Shown here: one piece after another, positions 28,993 to 39,037 of the stretch
Position numbering within the stretch: position 1 is the first letter of the stretch
Layout: every line of letters starts with the position of its first letter
The notes under the pieces: generated by a model
The model's input: only the letters and a program-made list of their open reading frames with translations
Database searches by the model: none
Told to the model about the DNA's origin: nothing
Position numbers and translations under genes: made by a program
From: a bacterium
GTDB lineage: Bacteria > Bdellovibrionota_B > Oligoflexia > Oligoflexales > RGVZ01
Length of the DNA: 43,517 nt
Assembly: GCA_037134655.1 (NCBI GenBank)
Contig: JBAXLR010000004.1
Span: forward strand, 1-43,517
Direction of reading: 5' to 3'

Positions 28993-30525
28993 TCACTTTT
29001 CTCCCGCGAAAACCTGTACCGCTCGCACGGCCCTCAGCCACCCTTGTTTAATCGCCATGAGTTGCTGTTGGTCAGATTGAGAGGTCGCTGGCTGAAAAAC
29101 TCTGTCCGAAGCGCGTGCTGCCGCGAGATCAGAAAGATTTTTATAAATACCCAAGCCTAATCCGGCAAAAAGACCAGCACCAATAGCTGTTGATTCGATG
29201 TCTCTTGGTCGGTCAACTGGTGCGCCTATGAGGTCTGATTGCAGCTGCATTAAAAAATTATTCGCCGCTGCGCCGCCATCTGCGCGTAGGATCCTAAGTT
29301 TTGAACCGAGAAGAGTCTCCATGGAATGAGCTAAATCTGCCACCTGCAAGGCGATACCTTCGAGTGTGGCGCGTATCATGTCGTTTTTTGTCGTGCCGCG
29401 ATGCATACCTAGAAAAGCCCCGCGTGCGCGCGGATTCCACCAGGGCGCGCTTAGCCCAGCTAATGCAGGAACAAAATAAAGATCAGGAGCTGCCAGCCCT
29501 TTTTTTGCAGCCTCTTCCGAGTCTTTTGAGGTTTCGAGAAAGCCTAATTGGTCGCGCACAAACTGGACTGCAGCTCCTGCGATAAATGAGCTTCCCTCTA
29601 GGGCGTAGGATAATTTGCCATCCAGATTCCAGGCAACAGTCGATAGAATTCCTTTGCCAGCGGTGACTGGTTCAAATCCCGTGTTTAATAGGAGGAATGC
29701 GCCTGTGCCGAATGTGCATTTCGCTTCGCCTACAGCAAAACAGGCCTGACCTGCCAGTGCGGCCTGCTGATCGCCCAACAGAGCTGTAACTGGGATTCCA
29801 TCAGGAAGAATGCCTGTATTTTTCGTACGGCCAAAGTCACCGGCGCTCGTTCGCACCTCCGGCAAGGCGGACTGAGGTATGTTACCGAAAAGTTCTAGCA
29901 ACTCCTTATCCCATTGGTTCTTCTTGATATCAAAAAGCATCGTTCGACTGGCGTTGCTTGATTCAGTGGCGTGCGACTGTCCGGCGGTCAATTTATGTAG
30001 CAGCCAGCAATCAATCGTTCCGAGTAGGGATGCTCCTGATGTGAGGGCTTGTTTGACGTTCTTGTCATTGGCCAGGAGCCAAGAGATTTTTGATGCGCTA
30101 AAATAAGGATCTAGGACAAGTCCTGTCTTCTCCCGAATCATGGGCTCGTGACCTGCAGCTTTAAGTTCAGCGCAGATATCACTGCTTCGGCGGCACTGCC
30201 AGACAATGGCTTTGCAGGTGGGTGCGGAAGTTTTTCGATCGAAAACGCAGATGGTTTCCCGCTGGTTGGAGATACCGATAGCCGCGATGCGGCCCCTAGC
30301 GTCATTGCCGCCGAGGGGGGACAAGGCCTTTTCGATAGACTTACAAACCGATATCCAAATCTCATTGAGATCATGCTCGACCCAACCAGGGGCTGGGAAG
30401 TGTTGTGGGTAATCAACCGTTGCTTTACTGGCGATCTTGGGTTGGCTGGGATTGGAAATGTCTATCAATAGCGCCGTACTGCCCGTTGTGCCCTGGTCAA
30501 TCGACAAGATCAGATTTTTAGCCAT
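28993..30525 (-). CDS. glpK: Glycerol kinase
   Basis: SIDQGTTGS, GWVEHD, NQRET, DPYFSASK, GDQQAAL, KCTFGTGAF, DGGA. Confidence 0.96.
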   Translation of the reverse strand: MAKNLILSIDQGTTGSTALLIDISNPSQPKIASKATVDYPQHFPAPGWVEHDLNEIWISVCKSIEKALSPLGGNDARGRIAAIGISNQRETICVFDRKTSAPTCKAIVWQCRRSSDICAELKAAGHEPMIREKTGLVLDPYFSASKISWLLANDKNVKQALTSGASLLGTIDCWLLHKLTAGQSHATESSNASRTMLFDIKKNQWDKELLELFGNIPQSALPEVRTSAGDFGRTKNTGILPDGIPVTALLGDQQAALAGQACFAVGEAKCTFGTGAFLLLNTGFEPVTAGKGILSTVAWNLDGKLSYALEGSSFIAGAAVQFVRDQLGFLETSKDSEEAAKKGLAAPDLYFVPALAGLSAPWWNPRARGAFLGMHRGTTKNDMIRATLEGIALQVADLAHSMETLLGSKLRILRADGGAAANNFLMQLQSDLIGAPVDRPRDIESTAIGAGLFAGLGLGIYKNLSDLAAARASDRVFQPATSQSDQQQLMAIKQGWLRAVRAVQVFAGEK

Positions 30526-30607
30526 CCCACGTTCTCCTGTTTGCCCGCGTCATTATTGCTCTTTTTGGAATATCCAGGACGTCGATCCTAGCACACGACA
30601 AGTTGTC

Positions 30608-30636
30608 TTGACCAGACTTGGGGTGTTGCCTATAGT
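30608..30636 (+). promoter_or_regulatory. Sigma70-type promoter of the fmt operon
   Basis: TTGACC-17 nt-TATAGT, about 50 nt upstream of the fmt ATG. Confidence 0.7.
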
Positions 30637-30685
30637 CCCACCGCTGTGTGTGTAAACCCCTTTTTTGACCGGACTTTTTGTGGCA

Positions 30686-31660
30686 ATGACGCGTGTTATT
30701 TTCATGGGTTCTCCCGCCGAGGTACTAGGTCCATTGCGTGCACTCATCGAACGAGCCGGCGAAATGGGCGCGGAACTCGTTGGGGTTGTTAGCCAGCCCG
30801 CAAGACCGGCCGGGCGAGGTGGAAACATGCTAGATCCACCGGTCGCCAGTTATAGCAAAGAAAAAGGTATAAAGACCCTTCAACCCGAGAGCGCTAAAGC
30901 ACCGGAGTTTCTAGAAGAACTAAGACGGCTTTCGCCCGATGTCATAGTTACGGCTGCGTATGGCCAAATTTTGTCAGACGACTTTCTTAAAATTCCCCGT
31001 ATTGGCACAATCAATATCCATCCGAGCTTGCTCCCGGCCTACCGGGGAGCAACGCCTGTACCTGCTGCGCTGCTCGATGGTCACAGGATCACCGGCGTTT
31101 CCATACTGTTTACTGTGAAGCAATTGGACGCTGGCAACATTATTTTACAAAAGCAATTTGAAATTCTCCCTGCGGAAACGGCAGGTGAGCTGACTCTCAG
31201 GCTTTTTTCAGAGAGCAGCGTCATGTTGCTTGAAGTCATCGATTTATTGCGTCGAAAGCCTGATACCAAAGGTGTCCCTCAGGCGCAAGCGGCTGCCACT
31301 TTCTGTAAAAAAATTGCGAAAGAAATGGGTGAAATCGATTGGTCCCAAGATGCAGCGAAGATCTACGATCGATTTAGAGCTTTTCAGCCGTGGCCAGGCT
31401 CATTTACACGCCTCGGTGATCGTTTGATTGCTATCATCCAGATGTCTCTTGTGCAGGATAAGACGGCCGGCGGTAAGCCCGGCGCAGTCATTTATGATAA
31501 ATCATCGAAGTCACTTATCGTGAGCTGTGGAAACAGTGCGGTTCATTTGCAGAAGCTCAAACCAGCGGGCGGCAAAGAGATGGACGCGGCTTCTTTTTGG
31601 AATGGGCTGCGGGATCGGCAATCAGTCAGCTTCGGCCAGCCGCTACAAGGAGTGGATTGA
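30686..31660 (+). CDS. fmt: Methionyl-tRNA formyltransferase
   Basis: RVIFMGSP, SQPARPAGRG, AAYGQIL, INIHPSLLPAYRGATP, LDAG, PWPG. Confidence 0.96.
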   Translation: MTRVIFMGSPAEVLGPLRALIERAGEMGAELVGVVSQPARPAGRGGNMLDPPVASYSKEKGIKTLQPESAKAPEFLEELRRLSPDVIVTAAYGQILSDDFLKIPRIGTINIHPSLLPAYRGATPVPAALLDGHRITGVSILFTVKQLDAGNIILQKQFEILPAETAGELTLRLFSESSVMLLEVIDLLRRKPDTKGVPQAQAAATFCKKIAKEMGEIDWSQDAAKIYDRFRAFQPWPGSFTRLGDRLIAIIQMSLVQDKTAGGKPGAVIYDKSSKSLIVSCGNSAVHLQKLKPAGGKEMDAASFWNGLRDRQSVSFGQPLQGVD

Positions 31661-32308
31661 TTGACTCCTAACCCCCAAAAAAAGATTAAGCTTGCAGTTG
31701 GAGTATCTGGTTCAGGAAGATCCCTGGCGAATTTGCTTGAAAATCAGCAGGGCAAGCACTTTTCGGTATCGCTTGTTTTTAGTTCTTCGCCAACGGCAGG
31801 GGCGAATTCAATCGCGGAACGTCACGGTGTACCATTGATGGCGTTAGATTTTTCAAATGCGTTTCGCAATCAGACAAAAGTTGAGCTTTACCGAGCCTTT
31901 GAAAACTACGGAATTGATTTGGTGGTACTTGCTGGATTTTTGAAGTTGTTACCTGTTGTTAATGGTTGGCAAAATAGGATTATTAACATTCACCCCGCGC
32001 TACTTCCAAAATACGGAGGAAAAGGTATGCATGGACGTCGTGTCCATGAGGCTGTTGTAGATGCGGGTGAGTTGACTACCGGTGCCACGGTTCATTTTGT
32101 CAATGAAAGGTACGATGACGGCAACATCATTGCGCAAGTTAAGCTGCCGATTGTTCCGACGGATTCGCCCGACGTTGTTGGCCAAAAGGTTTTTCAGGCG
32201 GAGTGCCGTCTGTTGCCGGCAGTGATTGCCGCGCTTGCAGTAGGAAGATTGCCTTGCCAGGGAATTGCCCAGCTAAATAATAAGGGGGAATTCATTGAGC
32301 CAAGCTGA
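31661..32308 (+). CDS. purN: Phosphoribosylglycinamide formyltransferase
   Basis: SGSGRSL, LVVLAGF, INIHPALLPKYGGKGMHG, GATVHFV, YDDG. Confidence 0.94.
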   Translation: MTPNPQKKIKLAVGVSGSGRSLANLLENQQGKHFSVSLVFSSSPTAGANSIAERHGVPLMALDFSNAFRNQTKVELYRAFENYGIDLVVLAGFLKLLPVVNGWQNRIINIHPALLPKYGGKGMHGRRVHEAVVDAGELTTGATVHFVNERYDDGNIIAQVKLPIVPTDSPDVVGQKVFQAECRLLPAVIAALAVGRLPCQGIAQLNNKGEFIEPS

Positions 32309-33179
32309 ACTGTGCAGAGATCTTTTTGCGAGTACATTTGAAAATCTCCTTGGGAGGCAGTGGGGTGATCAGAAGTCTCGATTGCATCAGGCGATCAGAT
32401 ATTGTCTAACGGGCGGTGGAAAAAGAGTTCGCGCGACCCTTTCCATGTTGGTTTGCGAAGCATACGGTAAAAATTTTCGACTTGCTCTGAGTGCTGCAAC
32501 CGCAGTTGAGATGATTCATGCTTATAGCCTGGCTCACGATGATTTGCCCTGCATGGATAATGACGATATGCGACGTGGCAGGCCATCACTTCACAAGGCG
32601 TTTGATGAATGCACGGCTCTTTTGGCGGGTGATGCCATTTTGACAGACGCGGTGAGAGTGTTAGTCGACCATGAGTTCTTTCCTGACGCTGCATTTGTTG
32701 GCGTTTCTGATCGAACACGTTTGGTGCGTGAATTGGTGCTGGCCGCAGGTGGGCAGGGCATGGTGTATGGGCAGGACCAAGATATTTTTTGGACGTCTAA
32801 AAGTGATTTTACCCTCCGAGATCTTGAAGGTATACATCGGGCAAAAACAGGCGCGTTGATGGGGTCTGCCGCAGCCATGGGCGCCATCACGGCCGGTGCT
32901 TTGGAGTCGGATGTGGTAAAGTGGCGAGAATTTGGTATTTTGATCGGCCTCGCGTTTCAGGCTATGGATGACATTTTGGATGATGCTCCAACCACGGGAA
33001 AGACCGCCAACAAAGATAAAGAGCAGAACAAACTGACTTACATGACACTATTTGCGCGAGAAGAGGTTCAAGATATTGCCCGGCGACACACAATGGATGC
33101 CATTAATTTAATCCCTAGCAATGTTCGTCGGGATGATTTAATTGAATTAGTTGATTCGCTACTTGCGCGGCGACAATAG
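32295..33179 (+). CDS. ispA: Farnesyl/geranylgeranyl diphosphate synthase
   Basis: GGKRVR, first aspartate-rich motif HDDLPCMDNDDMRRG, KTGAL, second motif FQAMDDILD. Confidence 0.93.
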   Translation: MSQAELCRDLFASTFENLLGRQWGDQKSRLHQAIRYCLTGGGKRVRATLSMLVCEAYGKNFRLALSAATAVEMIHAYSLAHDDLPCMDNDDMRRGRPSLHKAFDECTALLAGDAILTDAVRVLVDHEFFPDAAFVGVSDRTRLVRELVLAAGGQGMVYGQDQDIFWTSKSDFTLRDLEGIHRAKTGALMGSAAAMGAITAGALESDVVKWREFGILIGLAFQAMDDILDDAPTTGKTANKDKEQNKLTYMTLFAREEVQDIARRHTMDAINLIPSNVRRDDLIELVDSLLARRQ

Positions 33180-33198
33180 AATTACTCCTGGAGCGAAG

Positions 33199-33516
33199 AT
33201 GATCGAGAAAAAAATAGCCAATGATGTTTCAATTCTTCTGAATCATAAGTTGACGTCAGAAAACTACTCACATTCAATTCTGCAATTCCGAGATCGGCAG
33301 GCCGGCGTCAGTGAGGTTTATGATCCAGATGGAGACAATTACACTTACAACGCATACTGCATAGAGGCCACTTTGTTGACGGAGCTTTACACTTGCGAGT
33401 TCGAGTTTCTCGAGGATGCATTAACGGCAGTTAATGAGGAGTTTGGCCAATGGGACTTAGTCGACCTTGCCGAAAAGTCTGGTTGTGGATCTTGCGTTGC
33501 AAAAGGAGTCAATTAG
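33199..33516 (+). CDS. Small acidic hypothetical protein with a C-terminal GCGSC motif
   Basis: GGAG lies before ATG 33199; 105 aa; in operon context. Confidence 0.65.
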   Translation: MIEKKIANDVSILLNHKLTSENYSHSILQFRDRQAGVSEVYDPDGDNYTYNAYCIEATLLTELYTCEFEFLEDALTAVNEEFGQWDLVDLAEKSGCGSCVAKGVN

Positions 33517-34565
33517 TGGCGCGCCTTCTCGTACTTTTGCTATGTTGGGCTAGCTTTCAAGCCGTGGCCGAAGAATTGGTACCAGCAAAGATTGAGGAAA
33601 TCAGTCCTCGCGAGGATTTTCGAAAAAAATTATTTGCAGAGTCCTTGGCAAAAAGAGCATGCAAAGTGATTTCTAAAAACCCATCAGGCGTTGTTTCAGA
33701 AAATCCAGCCCTTACAAATACTTTGCAAAAACTGCTTGATGCCTTGAATAAAAGCTCGCCCACTGATCTTGCTCCTTTATTTCATCCACAATTAAAAGTA
33801 AGAACGAAGCAAGTCGCCGTAGCCCTCACTTCAATTTCGAGGATCTCGGGGAAAAATGTCCAAGCTAGTCTATTTCGCGCCTACGCGATCAATAATCCAG
33901 ATGGCGACCCACAACCGACGGAGTGTGCTGAAGATGGCTTGATGATTCGGCCGCTCTATGGGCACCGTGTTCAGGTGGCAGTTTGGATCCAGGCTCAAGG
34001 CGCCGACGAGATCTCGCGGATTTATGCTGATTTCGTTCCAACAAAGGACGCCTGGCTAATTGGCGCATGGAATGTGCAGCAGTGGACTCACGCTGGCCAA
34101 GATTACAATGAATGGCGGGCAAAAGCGCAAAAATCTGTCGAAAGCAAGCAAGCTGTCGCAGGTTGGATTTTCTACGATATTGCAATCAAGCTGCTCGATG
34201 GCGGAAAGTTCTTGAGTTTCCCGGTGGAAAAAGACATTGCTGCTGAGCAGGCAAAAGTTCTTTCAGGGAAAACCCCCTTGGAAAGTCTCACGCCAAAATT
34301 TCCGTCAGAAAAACTTGTTTACGTTTCGAGTCTTTTTTCACGCCATGGCGCAGGATTGCTTCTTAGATTCGGCTTGGAGAGTGAGTGGTCAGCAAACGCG
34401 ATTAGAGAGCACTGCCGCGCTAAATACCGGCAGTTATTAGACGATGGATTGGCGCGAGATCTCGCCGGCATTCGCTGCGATTATGTTTTGCCTAAAGAAT
34501 CAACGACCAAAGAAGGGGTTCTGGGCGGCATATTTGTTGATCAAGCTTCTCTCAAAACAAAATAA
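33516..34565 (+). CDS. Secreted hypothetical protein
   Basis: GTG 33516 follows AAGGAG and overlaps the previous stop. Signal peptide MARLLVLLLCWASFQAVA. Confidence 0.7.
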   Translation: MARLLVLLLCWASFQAVAEELVPAKIEEISPREDFRKKLFAESLAKRACKVISKNPSGVVSENPALTNTLQKLLDALNKSSPTDLAPLFHPQLKVRTKQVAVALTSISRISGKNVQASLFRAYAINNPDGDPQPTECAEDGLMIRPLYGHRVQVAVWIQAQGADEISRIYADFVPTKDAWLIGAWNVQQWTHAGQDYNEWRAKAQKSVESKQAVAGWIFYDIAIKLLDGGKFLSFPVEKDIAAEQAKVLSGKTPLESLTPKFPSEKLVYVSSLFSRHGAGLLLRFGLESEWSANAIREHCRAKYRQLLDDGLARDLAGIRCDYVLPKESTTKEGVLGGIFVDQASLKTK

Positions 34566-34583
34566 ATGGCTGCTAAACGGCAT

Positions 34584-34961
34584 CTACTGCCAGTTTGCAC
34601 TTAAAGCCGACCAGCATCCAAGTAACCACCCAACAATGAGTAATGAACCGCCAACAGGTGTTATTGCACCAAAGGTTCGGATGCCCGTGAATACAAGCAG
34701 ATAAAGACTACCTGAGAAAATCAAAGCACCCACCGTTAGGGCTAAAGCCCCAAGTTTGAGCGCACTGTGGTCAATGCGCGTCATGAGCAATGCAAATACC
34801 AGAATCCCTAAACTTTGAGTCGTTAGGTACCGAGACGCAGTCTCAAAAATGGCCATATCTTCCGGTGTCAATCGTCCCTTTAAGCCGTGAGCAGCAAAGG
34901 CTCCAAGGCCGACGGCGGCGGCAGAAAGGATTGAACCTAGGGCGAAAAAAATCGTCCACAT
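34584..34961 (-). CDS. DUF423 (YgdD/TMEM256) membrane protein
   Basis: GAFAAHGL, FETA.RY, IFSGSLY, GAITPVGG. Confidence 0.93.
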   Translation of the reverse strand: MWTIFFALGSILSAAAVGLGAFAAHGLKGRLTPEDMAIFETASRYLTTQSLGILVFALLMTRIDHSALKLGALALTVGALIFSGSLYLLVFTGIRTFGAITPVGGSLLIVGWLLGCWSALSANWQ

Positions 34962-34988
34962 TAGATAACTCCGATTGGTTATATTCTT

Positions 34989-35858
34989 TCACTTAGAAAG
35001 ATTAGGGTTTTCAGACTTAACTTCACCGGTTGGAGCCGCCGCTGGCTGTTGAACGGCCTGACTGGCTTCTGGTTTGGTGGTGCTGGAATTTGCGACCGCG
35101 ACCGGCATGCCTTTGCAGTCTTGGAATTCCTTTTTCAAACTTTCATTAAGCTCTTTTAGTAGATCATACTCTTTGGCACTTTTGACTCGGGCAAAATATT
35201 CTGTTAGCTCTACACTCTTTTCGGGATTCATTGTTTCTAGGATCGTCGTGACCTGTTTCTGTTTCAGTTTCTTGAATAACGCGACGGCAAGATCTTTATC
35301 TAATTTTTCGAATGCTGCTGCGGCTTTTTTAGGATCCATTTTGTCGTAAAGTTCGACAATTTTATCCAGTCGCTCGCCTTTAAGATCCTTCTCTTCTTGC
35401 AATGTTTTCGCTATAAATTTGCGTTCATCTTCCAATTGCCCGAGCTTTTCCTCGAGGCTTTTTTCGAGTGATTTAAGTTGCTCTTCCCTTTTGGCGAGTT
35501 GAGTAGTTCTTTCAGATATTTGGCGATCTTTACGTTCGGCCATGTCCAGGTATTTGCCGATTTCCGCTTTCTGAGCTTTCTTCGCATTTAATTTTGGCAA
35601 TTCAAAAAGTTCAGATAAGAAGCTCTTTCTCTTCGCAGTTTCCGTCACTTCCTTTTCATCGACAAGTTCGTCTTCGACGGGTTTGTTCACCTCGGGCTTA
35701 TCTGACGCTGGCTTTTCTTGAGCAGATTTTTCCTTAGCAGCCTTTGCGAATAGGTGCCGGTCACCAAGCTGTATCCATCCTTGGTGCATGCTGAGAGCTA
35801 AAAATACTAGAACCACTTTTGAAATTAGTATTGTTTTCATTAGAGTGAGCTGTTTCAT
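34989..35858 (-). CDS. MotE/FlbB/YlxF-like flagellar protein (TM, coiled coil, MgtE_N-like domain)
   Basis: N-terminal TM, long coiled coil, YDKMDPKKAAAAF...ILETMNPEKS; immediately after fliJ. Confidence 0.8.
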   Translation of the reverse strand: MKQLTLMKTILISKVVLVFLALSMHQGWIQLGDRHLFAKAAKEKSAQEKPASDKPEVNKPVEDELVDEKEVTETAKRKSFLSELFELPKLNAKKAQKAEIGKYLDMAERKDRQISERTTQLAKREEQLKSLEKSLEEKLGQLEDERKFIAKTLQEEKDLKGERLDKIVELYDKMDPKKAAAAFEKLDKDLAVALFKKLKQKQVTTILETMNPEKSVELTEYFARVKSAKEYDLLKELNESLKKEFQDCKGMPVAVANSSTTKPEASQAVQQPAAAPTGEVKSENPNLSK

Positions 35859-35860
35859 GT

Positions 35861-36319
35861 CTATCCCCCTGATGTATGCCGGTAGAATTTTCTGAGTGCG
35901 TGTTCGTCCAGCATTTTTTGTTCCCGCTTCAATTGCTCGTGAGCCCATTCGGCTTTGTATTTGGACTGTAATGTTTGGATGGCCTCTAAACTACGATGAG
36001 CGCGACTCATGACTTCAGTTTGCTCTTTCTCCATTTTTTCAATTTCAATAACGTCTTGATAGAGACGCATCCATAGGCTCTTTACGTTGTCTAGACCTGT
36101 CTCCAAGGCATCAAGCATGAGGCGATTGTGGCTCGCCCTTTCTTCGTTGAGCCTGCTTACACCGTCAATGTACTCCTTTTGGGTGGCACGCATTGCCTCT
36201 ACAGCAGCAATCTTTTTTTTACGCACAATCGTCAGCTGAGTTAATTCGTTATCAAATCTGGCTTTCCGCTCCTCTATGACCGGATCTAGGCGTTTGGCTT
36301 TCTTTTCAATGGATTGCAT
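35861..36319 (-). CDS. fliJ: Flagellar export protein FliJ
   Basis: 152-aa coiled coil ending REQKMLDE; follows fliI. Confidence 0.8.
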   Translation of the reverse strand: MQSIEKKAKRLDPVIEERKARFDNELTQLTIVRKKKIAAVEAMRATQKEYIDGVSRLNEERASHNRLMLDALETGLDNVKSLWMRLYQDVIEIEKMEKEQTEVMSRAHRSLEAIQTLQSKYKAEWAHEQLKREQKMLDEHALRKFYRHTSGG

Positions 36320-36329
36320 GCTTTAACAC

Positions 36330-37721
36330 CTAGGCTGAAAGGTTTTGACCGTCGACGTATTCGCCTGAGTTAGCGCGATTTGGCCCGTGAACGATGACCG
36401 CCAGCTGTTCCAGCGCCTTTTCATAGGAGCATAGTTCAGTTCGGTCCTGTTTTAGGAATTTCTCAATGCTTGGCATTAGCCTGATTGCAGTGTCCAGTGT
36501 CGGGTTTGTACCAGCTTGGTAGCTACCAATTTGCACGTAATCAAAGTTCTCCTGATAGGTCCCCATGAGCATTTTTATAAACCCTGCCGCATCCTGATGA
36601 TCGCGGTCCACGATGTCATGCATAACCCGGCTTGTTGAGTTGGTAATATCTATGGCTGGGAAGTGATGGCGAGCCGCCAAGGTTCTGGATAGTACAACGT
36701 GACCATCCAAAATACTTCTGGCTGCGTCGGCAATCGGCTCGTTAAAATCGTCGCCGTCCACTAATACCGTATAGAGACCAGAAATTGAGCCGCGCGCCTG
36801 TGGTCCGCAACGTTCAAGCAACTTCGGAAGTAGAGAGAAAACTGATGGTGGATAGCCTTTGGTGGTTGGTGGTTCGCCAACCGCAAGTCCGATTTCCCGC
36901 TGCGCCATGGCCACACGTGTAAGTGAGTCCATCATGACCAGAACTTTTTTATCCCGCGACGCAAAATGTTCTGCAATCGCCGTGACAACTTTGGCGGCTC
37001 TAATACGGAGTAAAGGCGACTGATCGCCCGTAACGACAACGACGACACTTCGAGCAAGGCCCTCAGGACCAAGATCACGCTCAATAAATTCTCGTACCTC
37101 TCGTCCCCTCTCGCCAATGAGGCCAATGACGTTGACGTCGGCATCGGAGCCTTGGGCAATCATTCCCAGCATAACGGATTTTCCAACGCCTGAGCCAGCC
37201 ATAATGCCGATACGTTGGCCTTCTCCGAAGGTTAAAAGTCCGTCAATGCAGCGAATTCCTAGGCTAAAAGGTTGGCTGACACGTTGGCGTGTCATGGGAT
37301 TGGGCGCATCTCTTTCCAAAAGAGCGAAGTCCCCGGTCTCAGAAACGCTGTCAATTTTAGGTCCATAAAGAGGCTGCATCATGGGATCGATGATTCGACC
37401 AAGTAAGTGGTCACCAACCGGAATTTGATTCAAAATTTTCATGCCCTTCACTGGGCTACCTGGTGCTACGCCATGGACAGAGGAGAAAGGGATAAGCAAC
37501 GCGCGTTCATTTTTAAAGCCGGCTACTTCCGCTAGAATTTGGCCGCCTGGAACAGGTGCGCTGATTGAGACAATACTACCAATCGGCGTGTTTGGTAAAA
37601 TGGCCTCGATCACGGTACCAACAATGTCACATACGCGCCCTTGTGGATCCCAGTCAATAGCATTCATCGATCCGCGGAGCGTTGAGCGATTGAAATTCCT
37701 GATTGTGCGTCCCGTGATCAT
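36330..37721 (-). CDS. fliI: Flagellum-specific ATPase FliI
   Basis: GSGVGKS, GERGREV, DSLTRVAMAQREIGL, GEPPTTKGYPPSVF, ILDGH. Confidence 0.97.
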   Translation of the reverse strand: MITGRTIRNFNRSTLRGSMNAIDWDPQGRVCDIVGTVIEAILPNTPIGSIVSISAPVPGGQILAEVAGFKNERALLIPFSSVHGVAPGSPVKGMKILNQIPVGDHLLGRIIDPMMQPLYGPKIDSVSETGDFALLERDAPNPMTRQRVSQPFSLGIRCIDGLLTFGEGQRIGIMAGSGVGKSVMLGMIAQGSDADVNVIGLIGERGREVREFIERDLGPEGLARSVVVVVTGDQSPLLRIRAAKVVTAIAEHFASRDKKVLVMMDSLTRVAMAQREIGLAVGEPPTTKGYPPSVFSLLPKLLERCGPQARGSISGLYTVLVDGDDFNEPIADAARSILDGHVVLSRTLAARHHFPAIDITNSTSRVMHDIVDRDHQDAAGFIKMLMGTYQENFDYVQIGSYQAGTNPTLDTAIRLMPSIEKFLKQDRTELCSYEKALEQLAVIVHGPNRANSGEYVDGQNLSA

Positions 37722-37751
37722 TCTTCACCTAGCTCCTGAAAGGACAGAGAA

Positions 37752-39023
37752 TTAGCCAGCTTTTTTGTCGTCAAAAAGATTGATATCAGCCTTCTCGAGC
37801 AGCTGTTGCACAAGTTTTTTGGCGCTTACATCCACGACAGTTAAGGCACTTTCCACACGGAATTCTCCGACTGGAATAGACGAATCTTTCACCAAGTGGG
37901 GACTCAGCTCAGGAATTCCAAGATCATTCACCCGCTGCCAGGTTTCAGGATGCAGTTTTACCTTAAACTCATTTGGCGCGATGGTATCTTTGATGACTCT
38001 CTGAATCATGGTGGCATAAGCTTCAGGTTTTATACTGAATTCCCTACCAAGCAGGGCTTCTGCGATGGCTTGACTCAATTCATAGAAGTTTTTTTGGACG
38101 TTATCGAGCACCAAGGACTTTAGTCCCTCAAATTCTGTTATGATTTCCTCGACCTTGCTGAAAACTTGCGCGGCTTTTTTTTGACCGCTGATCAGTCCTT
38201 TTTCTTCTCCCTCACGAAAGCCGGATTGATATCCCTCAGATCGAGCCTGTGATTTTAAATCCTCGAGAATTTGTTCGTTTTGTTTCGCTATCATCTGTTG
38301 ATTCTTCCAGCTCTCAATGGCCCGATCTTCAGCCGCGACAGGTGCTTCTTCACTCTGTGTTGGGAGTGGAGTGAATGCTGCTGCGGAGCCGGTATTTTCT
38401 TGGGGCGAATTATCCGCCGTATTTGGGCTAAAAGCTTTTGAAATGGCTGCAGACATGCCGTGGGTGTTGAGAAATTTTTGGGTCTGAGTGGGGTCATTGT
38501 TGCGAAAATCTTGTGGTTGCATAGGCTGCGCGACCATTGATGATGGCTCGATCTCAGTCGAGCTTGTATGATTTCGGCTGGCTGTTAGCTGGTTTTCACT
38601 GGAAGTGTCTTCGTGTTCCTGATCTTCACGTCGACCACGTCGACCACCCTGTGTACGTGCCATCTCGACGAAGTCAACTTCCTCATCTTCGTCGTCTTGT
38701 TCCTTCTTGCGGCGATTCTTATTCTGACGCTCATTATACCAGTCTTGGGTAAAATCAGCCGGAAAAATGACTCCGTGCCGCGGCTTGTTGCGATCCTCAA
38801 GCTGGGAGTTGATGGCTAAAGGTTGTTTGACGCTGCGTTCAATGTCCTTCGGATCATGGAATCGCGTATTGATTATGCTTCGATCAGGGTTGTCAAAACC
38901 TAAAGGTATATTCTGCGCAACTTCATCGAAACTAAAATCGACCATGCTGACGCATGTCATTAGCTTGCTTCCTTTTTTAAGCAAGCGTCCAATTTTTTTC
39001 TGTCCATCAGTATTGATTGCCAT
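37752..39023 (-). CDS. fliH: Flagellar assembly protein FliH with a long N-terminal extension
   Basis: GxxxG repeats (EGYQSGFREGEEKG), C-terminal VKLHP...DSSIPVGEFRVES; lies between fliF and fliI. Confidence 0.8.
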   Translation of the reverse strand: MAINTDGQKKIGRLLKKGSKLMTCVSMVDFSFDEVAQNIPLGFDNPDRSIINTRFHDPKDIERSVKQPLAINSQLEDRNKPRHGVIFPADFTQDWYNERQNKNRRKKEQDDEDEEVDFVEMARTQGGRRGRREDQEHEDTSSENQLTASRNHTSSTEIEPSSMVAQPMQPQDFRNNDPTQTQKFLNTHGMSAAISKAFSPNTADNSPQENTGSAAAFTPLPTQSEEAPVAAEDRAIESWKNQQMIAKQNEQILEDLKSQARSEGYQSGFREGEEKGLISGQKKAAQVFSKVEEIITEFEGLKSLVLDNVQKNFYELSQAIAEALLGREFSIKPEAYATMIQRVIKDTIAPNEFKVKLHPETWQRVNDLGIPELSPHLVKDSSIPVGEFRVESALTVVDVSAKKLVQQLLEKADINLFDDKKAG

Positions 39024-39037
39024 GGGGACCGCCGTTA

